Shown piece after piece: positions 25,429-33,964 of a stretch of DNA of 42,216 nt. The notes beneath the pieces are model-generated. The model saw only the letters and a program-made list of their open reading frames with translations. It did not search any database and was not told the origin of the DNA. This DNA is from Caldilineales bacterium (GTDB lineage Bacteria; Chloroflexota; Anaerolineae; JAAEKA01). Each line of letters starts with the position of its first letter. The stretch's first letter is position 1. Where the stretch lies: contig JAJTXO010000001.1 of the NCBI GenBank assembly GCA_021463315.1, positions 1 to 42,216 of the forward strand, written 5' to 3'. A program made the position numbers and the translations under genes.

Positions 25429-28347
25429 TTACCAATTGATCGAGCTCGGCGCGCCGCCGCCTCGTTTGTCCGTGTAGGTCAGGAAGAACCCTGGGTTGAG
25501 CGGCGCACGAGCGCCGTTGGTCAGGTCGCGCACCAAAGGAGCCCCCTTGGTCTTGGTCACTTTCACCTTGACGCCGTTCTTGGTTCCGGTGACGCGCACT
25601 GATTTCACGCCAGCCAATGGCGCATTGGGGGTCCATTTCAGAGTGTGAACGCCGCGGCCGTCCAAATTGATCGGCGCTCCAAGCGTCCGTTCATTGCTGT
25701 CGATGATCGTCAACACGCCCGTCGCCTTCTGCTTGAAAAAGTGGTTGCTAGCAAAAGACCATCCGACAAACAGCAAGCACCCAAGGATGAGCGCAAACAC
25801 GGCATAGGTCACCGGCAGCAAGCGGTTTGGAATGCGCACCACGCTGAGCGATTGTGGTTGTTCGTCCCAGATGTAGGCTGGCTTGAGCGGCGCATTGCCC
25901 ACCACATTGATCAGATAGGTGTCGCGACCGGTCAGCCCATCGCCGAAGGCCCGCCACCGACCGGTTTCGCCGGCCGGTTCGATGGTAACTTCGCCGCTGC
26001 GATCTTGCCCCTGGCTGTCGCTGATCGACACCGTGAACGGTGGCCTCGCCGGATCCGTCAATGCCAGAGCCGGATCGATGGGCTGGCCGTCGCCAAGTAG
26101 CTCCACGCGGACATCCAGCGGGTTCTTGAGGAAAGGCAGGATGCCGTTGTACGCCAGCTTGTCTCCATTCTTGGGCGAGACGACCGCCAACGACAGTAGT
26201 GTGGTCGGCGTGACCTGGAATGTTCCCACCTGGTCATCGAAGACGATGCGAGGAGAATCGCCGGTAGTGTTGAAGCGTGCTGTGACGTCTACAGAGCCCG
26301 ACTTCTGAGGGCGAACGGTGGCCGTCCACATTCCGTCGCCCTGAGACTGAAGCGCGTGGGCGCCCTCTTCTGCCCCCGTCAATATGATCTCACCTGCCAA
26401 GGTTGGGGCTGGATTGGCGCCAGTCACAGGCCTGCCATTGCGATCCACGAGTTGCAGTTGAACATCAACGGCGCCGTACTGCGGCTGAGGATCATCCAAT
26501 CCGACCAATTGCACTGCCAGCGGCGCCACGGTGAGCGTACCTAGAGACTGATCAAGCGCACCAGAGCCAGCGCCCGATCCAGCTTGGTTAGTAGTAAGGG
26601 CAATGGGGTGGTCGCCAGGTTCCAACGAAACGACTGAGGCAAGCAACGAACCGTCTTGCTGGGCCTGCAACGGAAACGTCAGCCTGCCTTGGGATTCATC
26701 TAGAGCGAGATATAGTTGACTGCCCAGGGTCGTAAAGACCTCGGGTGCCACCCGTCTGCCCTGATCGTCGGTGATCTCGATCTTGACCTCAGAAGGGACC
26801 AGCACCGTGGTGGCGGGGGCTTCTACGAGCCGCGGGCGCGTGGTGCTGACCGTGAATTCGCCTTTGTCCTCGTTCAACAACTCAATGGGGTTGCCGTTGG
26901 GATCCTGAGTTGTGGCGGTGATACCGATGCGATACGTACCTGGCTCGGCTGGCGTGAACGGCGCCGTGTAGATGCCTTGTTCGTCTTGAACGAGTGGGAT
27001 TACCGCTTCACCCGAAGGCTGAGTGATCCGGGCTTCGACATCAAGACGATACTTGGGATCAGCATAACGGGGCAAGGCCGAACCGGCATAGCCACTGAGT
27101 TTTAGTTGAATGGGTGCTGGCACGTACTGCAACTGCTGTCCTGTGGGACTCAGCAGTTGGGCCACCATTTGCACTTCCTCACGGTAGATTTTCGGGTCTA
27201 GTCTGGCGTCAGGTGGACAAACGATGTCCCAGAAACCAGGCTCAGGATTGGGGATCTTGATGGTTTCGATGACCGAGTTCGATCCTGTGACTGTAGCTTT
27301 GCTGGGATCATCCAGATTCAGGTCGACATTGTTCACCCGGAGGCCGATCCGATCCTGGGAATTGACCTTGTGAACGTTGAACCTGATCAACTGAAGGTAG
27401 GGTGGAATGACCTGGGGACCACATTCAGCAGGAAAACCACCGGGTCCCATACCCATATCTCGCCGCAATTCCTCAAGGTACTGCTGAAGCGTTGCACCAG
27501 CCTGTTCATTTCTTTCGACCAATTGCGCGTTGTTGCTGGTGACTTGGTTCCAGTACCGCACCACTGGGCCCCATTGATCCCGATCGCTGTCATTCATACC
27601 GACAATAAAAATACGATACTCAGGGTAGGGGAAGTTGTCACGAACATAGGGTATCAGATCTGCCATGTAGCGATCCAAAGGAATCGGCGTCCGGGGTGTC
27701 GGCGTCGCGGTTGCCCCATCCGAGGACGGAGGGGGCGACTGGACCGTGGTTTCGACGGGTGGCAGGACATAAGGTATACCATCTGTCAGCATGATGATAG
27801 CGCGCAGCCGATTACCCGGCAGACCCTCAGCATCCATAGCGTCGAAGATTTGCCTCGCATGCTCGAATGCCAGCAGTTGATTGGTATTGCCCAGGTTGCG
27901 CTGACCGAAGCTCTCGGCGCTCACTTGTTGCTGTAATTCATCAAGCTTGGGACCCCATTCCTGATCGGACCTGGGATCGATGGTTATTATCGGCGGATCA
28001 AGACGCGACTCCACTGTGTCGCCAAAGTCCAGCAAAGCCACACGGAAATCATTCTCCAGATCCAGACCATAGGTTAGGCTGGCGCTTCCCAGCCAGTCCA
28101 TAATGAACTTGGCTGCCTCGAAACGCAATTCGTTGCTGTCGTTGACTGCGGGATGATCGGAGCTGCCATAGTTGAGCCCACCCATCGAGCCGCTTTGGTC
28201 CACGAGAATTACCAAGTCCAAGCCATCGTAGGGACGCTCGCCGCTCTGCCCAAGGACAGCAGCAGGCATGACCAACGCGGCAATGAGCACTAGAACCACA
28301 AGTATCAGTGAGATACCATGCTGAATGTGGCGGAAAGCATGATGCAT
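25429..28347 (-). CDS. Extracytoplasmic vWA-domain protein with multiple Ig-like beta-sandwich repeats, C-terminal TM anchor and about 110-aa cytoplasmic tail (972 aa)
   Basis: Signal anchor ISLILVVLVLIAALVMPAAVL. MIDAS DQSGS (28186-28200) in DLVILVDQSGSMGG. IIMLTDGIP strand. Repeated beta-rich modules. TM VTYAVFALILGCLLFVGWSF near the C-terminus. AGGAGG lies 10 nt upstream of the ATG. Confidence 0.85.
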   Translation of the reverse strand: MHHAFRHIQHGISLILVVLVLIAALVMPAAVLGQSGERPYDGLDLVILVDQSGSMGGLNYGSSDHPAVNDSNELRFEAAKFIMDWLGSASLTYGLDLENDFRVALLDFGDTVESRLDPPIITIDPRSDQEWGPKLDELQQQVSAESFGQRNLGNTNQLLAFEHARQIFDAMDAEGLPGNRLRAIIMLTDGIPYVLPPVETTVQSPPPSSDGATATPTPRTPIPLDRYMADLIPYVRDNFPYPEYRIFIVGMNDSDRDQWGPVVRYWNQVTSNNAQLVERNEQAGATLQQYLEELRRDMGMGPGGFPAECGPQVIPPYLQLIRFNVHKVNSQDRIGLRVNNVDLNLDDPSKATVTGSNSVIETIKIPNPEPGFWDIVCPPDARLDPKIYREEVQMVAQLLSPTGQQLQYVPAPIQLKLSGYAGSALPRYADPKYRLDVEARITQPSGEAVIPLVQDEQGIYTAPFTPAEPGTYRIGITATTQDPNGNPIELLNEDKGEFTVSTTRPRLVEAPATTVLVPSEVKIEITDDQGRRVAPEVFTTLGSQLYLALDESQGRLTFPLQAQQDGSLLASVVSLEPGDHPIALTTNQAGSGAGSGALDQSLGTLTVAPLAVQLVGLDDPQPQYGAVDVQLQLVDRNGRPVTGANPAPTLAGEIILTGAEEGAHALQSQGDGMWTATVRPQKSGSVDVTARFNTTGDSPRIVFDDQVGTFQVTPTTLLSLAVVSPKNGDKLAYNGILPFLKNPLDVRVELLGDGQPIDPALALTDPARPPFTVSISDSQGQDRSGEVTIEPAGETGRWRAFGDGLTGRDTYLINVVGNAPLKPAYIWDEQPQSLSVVRIPNRLLPVTYAVFALILGCLLFVGWSFASNHFFKQKATGVLTIIDSNERTLGAPINLDGRGVHTLKWTPNAPLAGVKSVRVTGTKNGVKVKVTKTKGAPLVRDLTNGARAPLNPGFFLTYTDKRGGGAPSSINW

Positions 28348-28370
28348 TATCGGATTTCCTCCTTGGGATT

Positions 28371-29282
28371 CTACTTCCCTAGGACAAGACGATCGGCAAG
28401 AAACTTCGGATAGCCGCTGTCAAGCATCAGATCCTGAACTGAGGCGATATCATAAGGAATCCGCCGAAATGAGACATGCAAGTGATCTTGATCAAGAGCG
28501 AGTATGACATAAGAAGCCCGGGCATCATGGTCGCGTGGCTGACCAATGCTGCCAGGACAAAGCACAATCCGCTGGCTGTCAAGCTCAGTGAGTTCGATGA
28601 TCACCTCACTGCGTTCCGTGATAGCGCCGTTCTTGGGCGACCGTGACTCGTTCCAAGTGTTGCCATCGGCGCGATGCATAAGCGTTGGGACATGGGTATG
28701 ACCCACTACAAGCAGACGGGTCACATCAGCGCCCAGATAACGGTCAATGTTTCGGAAAGCACTGTTGGCTTGGATCGAGTCACGCAAGTAGGAAGCCTCA
28801 CCTTTAACATTCACCATGCTATCTGGACCTTCTATGACAGTGCCATGAGCAATCACCACGCCAGACACTGGCGCCGACCAAGTCGGCGCTGCTGCCATCC
28901 GTTGATACCAGCTTCGCTCCTCATAGCCCGCCAACTCCCAGGCCTGAATCTGCAGGGCATCGGCTGAACCCATGTTGCCAATCAAATCCCTGAGATCATC
29001 CGGCGTATCGTCAGCCTTGCAGCTCATGTTGCCGCGCAAGCAGTGGACGAGGCCCAGGTCGTGGTTTCCGGCCAGCCATGGCTCACCTTCGCCAAGCAGA
29101 TCGTCCAAGCGCTGCAAGCATTGCCTTGGCTGCGGACCATAGCCAACGGCATCGCCGAGAAACCAACAGGCATCGATCCGCTGCGAAGCAACCTGGCATG
29201 TTGCCTGGATGTCGTCAAGAACCGCCTCCAAGGCAACTAAGTTGGCGTGGACGTCCGACAGCAATGCTACTCGCATGATCAT
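28371..29282 (-). CDS. Calcineurin-like metallophosphoesterase (303 aa)
   Basis: Motifs in order: LLSDVHAN (D-x-H), FLGDAVGYG (GD), AGNHD (GNHD/E), VIAHG, VVGHTHVP (GH-x-H), PGSIGQPRD. I place the start at the ATG at 29280-29282, which overlaps the upstream stop (ATGA). The ATG at 29276 is an alternative. The ORF-track N-extension lies inside the upstream gene. Confidence 0.85.
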   Translation of the reverse strand: MIMRVALLSDVHANLVALEAVLDDIQATCQVASQRIDACWFLGDAVGYGPQPRQCLQRLDDLLGEGEPWLAGNHDLGLVHCLRGNMSCKADDTPDDLRDLIGNMGSADALQIQAWELAGYEERSWYQRMAAAPTWSAPVSGVVIAHGTVIEGPDSMVNVKGEASYLRDSIQANSAFRNIDRYLGADVTRLLVVGHTHVPTLMHRADGNTWNESRSPKNGAITERSEVIIELTELDSQRIVLCPGSIGQPRDHDARASYVILALDQDHLHVSFRRIPYDIASVQDLMLDSGYPKFLADRLVLGK

Positions 29283-32200
29283 CTCCCGGAACAGTTTTCT
29301 TGCGCCGCGGGCATGATGCCATCCCAGCCTTGGTATTGGGGAGCAATCTTTTTGGCGGCGCCAATCAACTGGTTCAACTCGGCACACAGATCTCGACGCT
29401 GTTGTGAGTTTGGACCCTTAAAACCGAACTTTTTCTTGCGCAACTCATCGAGAGTTGCGCCTATTGCCTCCAAATAGCTGTAGAAGTTCGCCTCATCTCT
29501 GGGCAGAAGTTCCAATAACGGGAGCGTGTCATCCGAGCGAGGTCCTTCTAACAGTTCGATATCACGTTGGGCAGATCCCAAGGCCTCCTGGCGCGCGGTA
29601 AAAATCTGTTGAACTCGCTTGCTCAAGGCCACCTTCGGATCCGCGACAGCCAGGAAAGGGCTGCCGGTGGAGTCCCGTGGATCAAGCAGGTAGCGCTGAC
29701 ACCGTCTCAGAGACCATCTGTTATCCAAGCTGGCAACCTCACTGCTATCGGTACCTAGAGCATCCTGGATGATTTTCTTCGCCTCACCGAACATTCCCTG
29801 CTGCCAGCGATTGCGACAGACGGGTTCCCCATGCTGTCTCCAGCCTAACCGTTTGCAGTCCGGCGGGATCGGGGACTCTGAGCGCCAGCCCTGTAAACCC
29901 ATTGGCTTTTGCCACAGGTCTACCAACTGCCATTGTGCGAGCCGCGTTTCTGTCAAGCCTTTGACGTTGTCGCTTGTTGACTTTCCAACAAGAGGAAGAT
30001 TATCATCCAACCAGGGATCATAGATGCGCACGTTGCGAATGACTTCGAACTGGCCATCTGCATCCAGCTTCTCAATCTCCTGGGTCAATTTCACGATTAC
30101 TTCAAAGTTCTCATCATGCACCGCCTGCTGCAAGCGCTTGAGGGTCGTTGCGATTTCGGCGCGACTTCTTTGCGCCTCAGCCAATTCCTTTTTCAGCGCC
30201 TCGACAGTGATGTGCTGGCTGAAAGGCAAGTCCAACGCGTTGATATCGCCCAGGACATCTTTTATTCGCTCGAAGGGGTCATCATCGCCGTTGGGTTGAG
30301 AGCCGAAGGATTGCTGCCCACGGCTCGGCGGCACCCATTCGCCCGATGAGAACGCCTTGCCCCGAGCGCCGCGCAGGCGCGCCCGCCCTTGCTGCACCAG
30401 CCGCTCCAAATGCTTCAGATCCTTGATCCTGCGATTGATCTTCTCCACACAGGCCTTGGCGCTCTGCTGGCCCTCAGCTTGCCCAAGGCTCAGCGCCTGT
30501 TGATCCAATAACGCGCTGATGTCAAAGGCCCGACTTTGCAGTTGTTCGGCATGTTCGATCTGAATTTGCAGCGATCGGTGTGGTTCAACTGATTTGAGAC
30601 GACCGTCTGCATCCGGAATCTCGCTGGGGCCTGTAAAATCCTCCATAAGCGCTTCAGTGTCGATCTCCAATTGCCGCACGCTGGCGCCTGCACGACTGAT
30701 CTCGGTGCGTGCTTCGGGCGCCTGTGGATCCAATGTCATGATCTTGACAGCCAGGGCCCATCTGCCTGGATCGCTGTCAGGCAGTTCCTTCATCCGAGCC
30801 GAGAGTCGCCGGATCAAATCTTGTTTGCAGTCAGAAAACCATCGATCAATCTCCAAGGCTTTGTCAGGCTGTCTCTGACGAAGATCGCTCACGGCTTTGC
30901 TTGCGGACCTATACTGAACGGCGTGATTGTCCTCACGTAGCGCAGCCTGCACGATGATCTGGGTATCGTGAATATCCTTCAGCTTCTCGGTCGTTGCGCG
31001 CAGTTGATCGATGCTCGGTTGGTTAGCGCCACTCTGCGCCTGATCATAGCCTTGCGCCGTATCCAGATACTGAAGCGCTTCATCATAGCGGTCTCGGTCT
31101 ACAGACAATCGAGCCAACTCCAGCCATGCCTCTGCGTCGTCCTGATACTCGAGAACGAACTTCAGCCAGACGCTTTGCGCATCGGCTAAGCCCTGATCTC
31201 TCTGTTCCTTTTGCCTGTTGCGATTGGTGCTGGCTTGCTGCCTGGTCCGATCACGCGCTATGGAACGGCGTTTCTGCTGCAGGTCGTCGTCGTTGGGGGT
31301 AAGCTGAATGGCCTTATCCATCAGTTCCTTGGCCGTCTCGAGCGATGGCCCCCCTGCCTTCCGAGCGATAGCTGCTGCGCGCGCGTAGATGCCCGGCATG
31401 TTCTTCTGTTGCCACTCCTCCCCTGCGACCGGCGCCAACCGCTTCAAGTCGTCCAATCGCTGCTCGATCTGCTCCAACGGGGCCACCTTGGGGTTGTTCT
31501 TGATGGCGTTCAACTGTCCTTCCAGCCGTTTCTGCCAGGCGCGCTCATAAATATGGGCCTGCGCCCGAATCTTCACACCAAGTTCGCCCGGCTGATCGAA
31601 CCATGGCTTGAGCAATTCGATTGCCTTGCCAAAGTCCTGCACTGCCGCGGCTCGCGCTGCGTCCTCCAAGGAACGAGTGGCCTGATCGGTCTTCGATTTG
31701 GCGTTTTGTATTTCATCTCGGTATTCCTGAGCGCTCGCCGCATCCTCGGCCTTCCTCGTGACAAGTTCCTGCAGAATAGGTTCGGCCTCATCGCGGAAAC
31801 CGCCTCCCATATTGAAGAGCCGTTGAGCGATCAAGAACTGGCGTCTCAAATCCAACCGTTCGCGCGTGTCCTTTAGATCGTCAGGTTCGCCGACTTGCTG
31901 TTGCAGACGACGCAGCCGCTCTATCCGCTGCTCCAACTCGACTTGAGTCAGGCTGCGGTAGCCTTCCTCGATTTCCTGCAACGCGGCGCGCAGATCCTTG
32001 CGCGCCCGAATGCTGTCCTGCCAACCAGCAAGAACCGGAAAGAAACTGGCGAGATCTCCCACCGATCGTTGGATCGAACGCAGCCGTTCTTCGGCGCGTG
32101 CAGGTTCGCTCTCGATCAGGCGTTCCATCTCATCGGCTTGCGCGCTAATCTCGCGCCCCAACGTCTGTAGACGAGTAGCGCGCTGCACCAAACTGTCAGC

Positions 32201-33760
32201 CTGGTCATGGAGAAGCCGTTGGTTCAGGTCATCTGTCTGCAAAAGGTCTCGCAGGTTAGCCGCCTGCTTTTCAGCCTCTTCCCAGCGACCTGCGATCAAG
32301 TCCTCTCGGCATCTGACCAGCGCGTTCTGCATTCTTGAGGCCACCGATGGCCATAGCCGCGCCTTGGCAGCTTCAACACTCTTCGCTGCCGGGTCTAGCC
32401 TGGCAGCCGAAAGCAACGAATTCCAGCCAGCAATCGGGTCATCAAAGAGGGATGCTTCTGACGCCGCCTTGTCGACCCGATCGCGCGTCTGGACACGCGG
32501 TTCGACTTCCGTTCGGAATTCTCGCAGGTTGCGCTTTTCACTATCCGGTAGATGTGGAAACTGTTCTGCGATTGAGATGACTTCTAGGGCATAACTAGGA
32601 TCAGAAGGGATGGCTTGCTCCGCTTCCGCCCGATATCGCCTTGCCTTTGTGGTGCTGAACTTCCCGATTTCCTGATTGAGTATGTCCAACGCAGCATCCG
32701 CTGGTGCGTAACCCGTCTGCCTCACGACCGGTTTAAGCTTCCCATCCTCAACTAGCTCCCGGATTTCATACAATGGCAATTCAGCAGCGCCTTGCGCTTT
32801 CCTGTCGCGTAGATCTGCCTCAACCTTAAGAAACTCCTCCAAGCTGAGACCGGTAAGCCACACCTGTTCTTTTTGAGCGGCTGTGGTCTCTTGCTGAATT
32901 GCATAGTCTACAAAATCCTTCAGCCTACTGACGTGTGGGTATCTGCTGGCAGCCCGCTCAGCCTCTTGCCTCGCCAGCCTCGCGTCTTTCAGAAGACCGC
33001 TAGACCACAGTCTCAGTAGTTCATCCTCAACGCGTTTGATTTCGGTTTCGATCTCCTGCTGTTGTTTCGAGAGGTTGACCTTCCTGCGCAGGTCAATCAA
33101 CGCGGGGAGTTCAGGATCCACCTGATCGAATTTTGCAACCAGAGCATCTGCTTCTCTGAAGTCATTCCTCTCAATGCTTGTCTTGAGTTGCTCGAGCAAG
33201 ATCCCCGCAAGATCCTTTTGGCGGCGCAGGATATCATCCCGTTTGCTCTGCACCTCCACCTTGCGCCCGCGTCGGGCGCTGTCAACCGCCTGCTGCGCAA
33301 CAGCTAGCGCATCAGCAAATCGCTCTTGTGTCGCCAGATCCAAAGCCTCGGCTAGAAACGCGCTGGTACGTGAGTCTATCTCTGCGATCTCTGTCTCTTT
33401 ACGTTCTAGTTTGATGGTGGCGATCAACTCCTCAATGGCATGAAGCTGACGCGCACCGCGGGCAAACGCTCTCGCATCTTCGAGGCTCTCCAGGGCGTTA
33501 TCCCAGTCCCACCGCCCATGTGCTGTTTCGGCCTGGCTGAACAACGCTCGATAGGTTGGGTCTTCATCCTCAAAAGGCTCATCGGATACCACAGCGGAAC
33601 GAGACGACTCGCGCAGAAGTTGTCGCACCTCTGCTGCTTCTTGCGACAACTGGTCGTATTCTTGCTCGAAGCCAGGAATCACTGTGCCTGACGGTGCAAA
33701 CTGGCTGATTTCAGTTTCCAGATCAAGGAGCCTTTGTTGAAGCTCATCGATGGTAGCCAT
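29279..33760 (-). CDS. Giant helical (coiled-coil/TPR-like) cytoplasmic protein, first gene of the array (1493 aa)
   Basis: Start placed at the ATG at 33758-33760 (MATIDELQQRLLDLE...) with GGAG 8 nt upstream. Charged helix-prone sequence throughout. TPR-like stretches (e.g. DAEAWLELARLSVDRDRYDEALQYLDTAQGYD). No TM. Confidence 0.75.
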   Translation of the reverse strand: MATIDELQQRLLDLETEISQFAPSGTVIPGFEQEYDQLSQEAAEVRQLLRESSRSAVVSDEPFEDEDPTYRALFSQAETAHGRWDWDNALESLEDARAFARGARQLHAIEELIATIKLERKETEIAEIDSRTSAFLAEALDLATQERFADALAVAQQAVDSARRGRKVEVQSKRDDILRRQKDLAGILLEQLKTSIERNDFREADALVAKFDQVDPELPALIDLRRKVNLSKQQQEIETEIKRVEDELLRLWSSGLLKDARLARQEAERAASRYPHVSRLKDFVDYAIQQETTAAQKEQVWLTGLSLEEFLKVEADLRDRKAQGAAELPLYEIRELVEDGKLKPVVRQTGYAPADAALDILNQEIGKFSTTKARRYRAEAEQAIPSDPSYALEVISIAEQFPHLPDSEKRNLREFRTEVEPRVQTRDRVDKAASEASLFDDPIAGWNSLLSAARLDPAAKSVEAAKARLWPSVASRMQNALVRCREDLIAGRWEEAEKQAANLRDLLQTDDLNQRLLHDQADSLVQRATRLQTLGREISAQADEMERLIESEPARAEERLRSIQRSVGDLASFFPVLAGWQDSIRARKDLRAALQEIEEGYRSLTQVELEQRIERLRRLQQQVGEPDDLKDTRERLDLRRQFLIAQRLFNMGGGFRDEAEPILQELVTRKAEDAASAQEYRDEIQNAKSKTDQATRSLEDAARAAAVQDFGKAIELLKPWFDQPGELGVKIRAQAHIYERAWQKRLEGQLNAIKNNPKVAPLEQIEQRLDDLKRLAPVAGEEWQQKNMPGIYARAAAIARKAGGPSLETAKELMDKAIQLTPNDDDLQQKRRSIARDRTRQQASTNRNRQKEQRDQGLADAQSVWLKFVLEYQDDAEAWLELARLSVDRDRYDEALQYLDTAQGYDQAQSGANQPSIDQLRATTEKLKDIHDTQIIVQAALREDNHAVQYRSASKAVSDLRQRQPDKALEIDRWFSDCKQDLIRRLSARMKELPDSDPGRWALAVKIMTLDPQAPEARTEISRAGASVRQLEIDTEALMEDFTGPSEIPDADGRLKSVEPHRSLQIQIEHAEQLQSRAFDISALLDQQALSLGQAEGQQSAKACVEKINRRIKDLKHLERLVQQGRARLRGARGKAFSSGEWVPPSRGQQSFGSQPNGDDDPFERIKDVLGDINALDLPFSQHITVEALKKELAEAQRSRAEIATTLKRLQQAVHDENFEVIVKLTQEIEKLDADGQFEVIRNVRIYDPWLDDNLPLVGKSTSDNVKGLTETRLAQWQLVDLWQKPMGLQGWRSESPIPPDCKRLGWRQHGEPVCRNRWQQGMFGEAKKIIQDALGTDSSEVASLDNRWSLRRCQRYLLDPRDSTGSPFLAVADPKVALSKRVQQIFTARQEALGSAQRDIELLEGPRSDDTLPLLELLPRDEANFYSYLEAIGATLDELRKKKFGFKGPNSQQRRDLCAELNQLIGAAKKIAPQYQGWDGIMPAAQENCSGR

Positions 33761-33964
33761 GCAATATCTCCAGGGTCTTCGGTTGGCAGAAGGCGCAATA
33801 CCGGTGGTTGCGAATTCCACCTGCCATCACTCGGCAAGACAGTCGAGCGTTGGGAAATCTTTCAACGGCGGGACTGAATCGTGAGGTACAAATCCAACGT
33901 CATTTTGTGCCCGTGACAATGGTGTGCTAGATTCACCTGTCGGCGCTGACCACAACCAAGTCCT

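Noticed and set aside
25429-25760. Cytoplasmic tail of the 972-aa vWA protein as an FHA domain.
   Set aside because: It has a G-R pair, but the S-x-x-H and N-G motifs of FHA domains are missing, unlike the clear FHA in 37090..39249.
33817-33834. Shared CCACCTGCC(..)ATCA string at 33817-33834 and 36022-36038, at similar distances upstream of the starts at 33760 and 35954.
   Set aside because: An exact 9-mer shared between about 1.5 kb of pooled intergenic sequence is expected by chance a few times. Without conservation data it is not evidence for a common operator.
33877-33889. AATCGTGAGGTAC at 33877-33889 resembles the end of the 91-bp element plus spacer (AATCGTGAAGTAC, 42103-42115).
   Set aside because: A 12/13 match was found after scanning many sequences by eye. 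The rest of the 91-bp element is absent at 33877, so this is probably coincidence or a very degraded relic.
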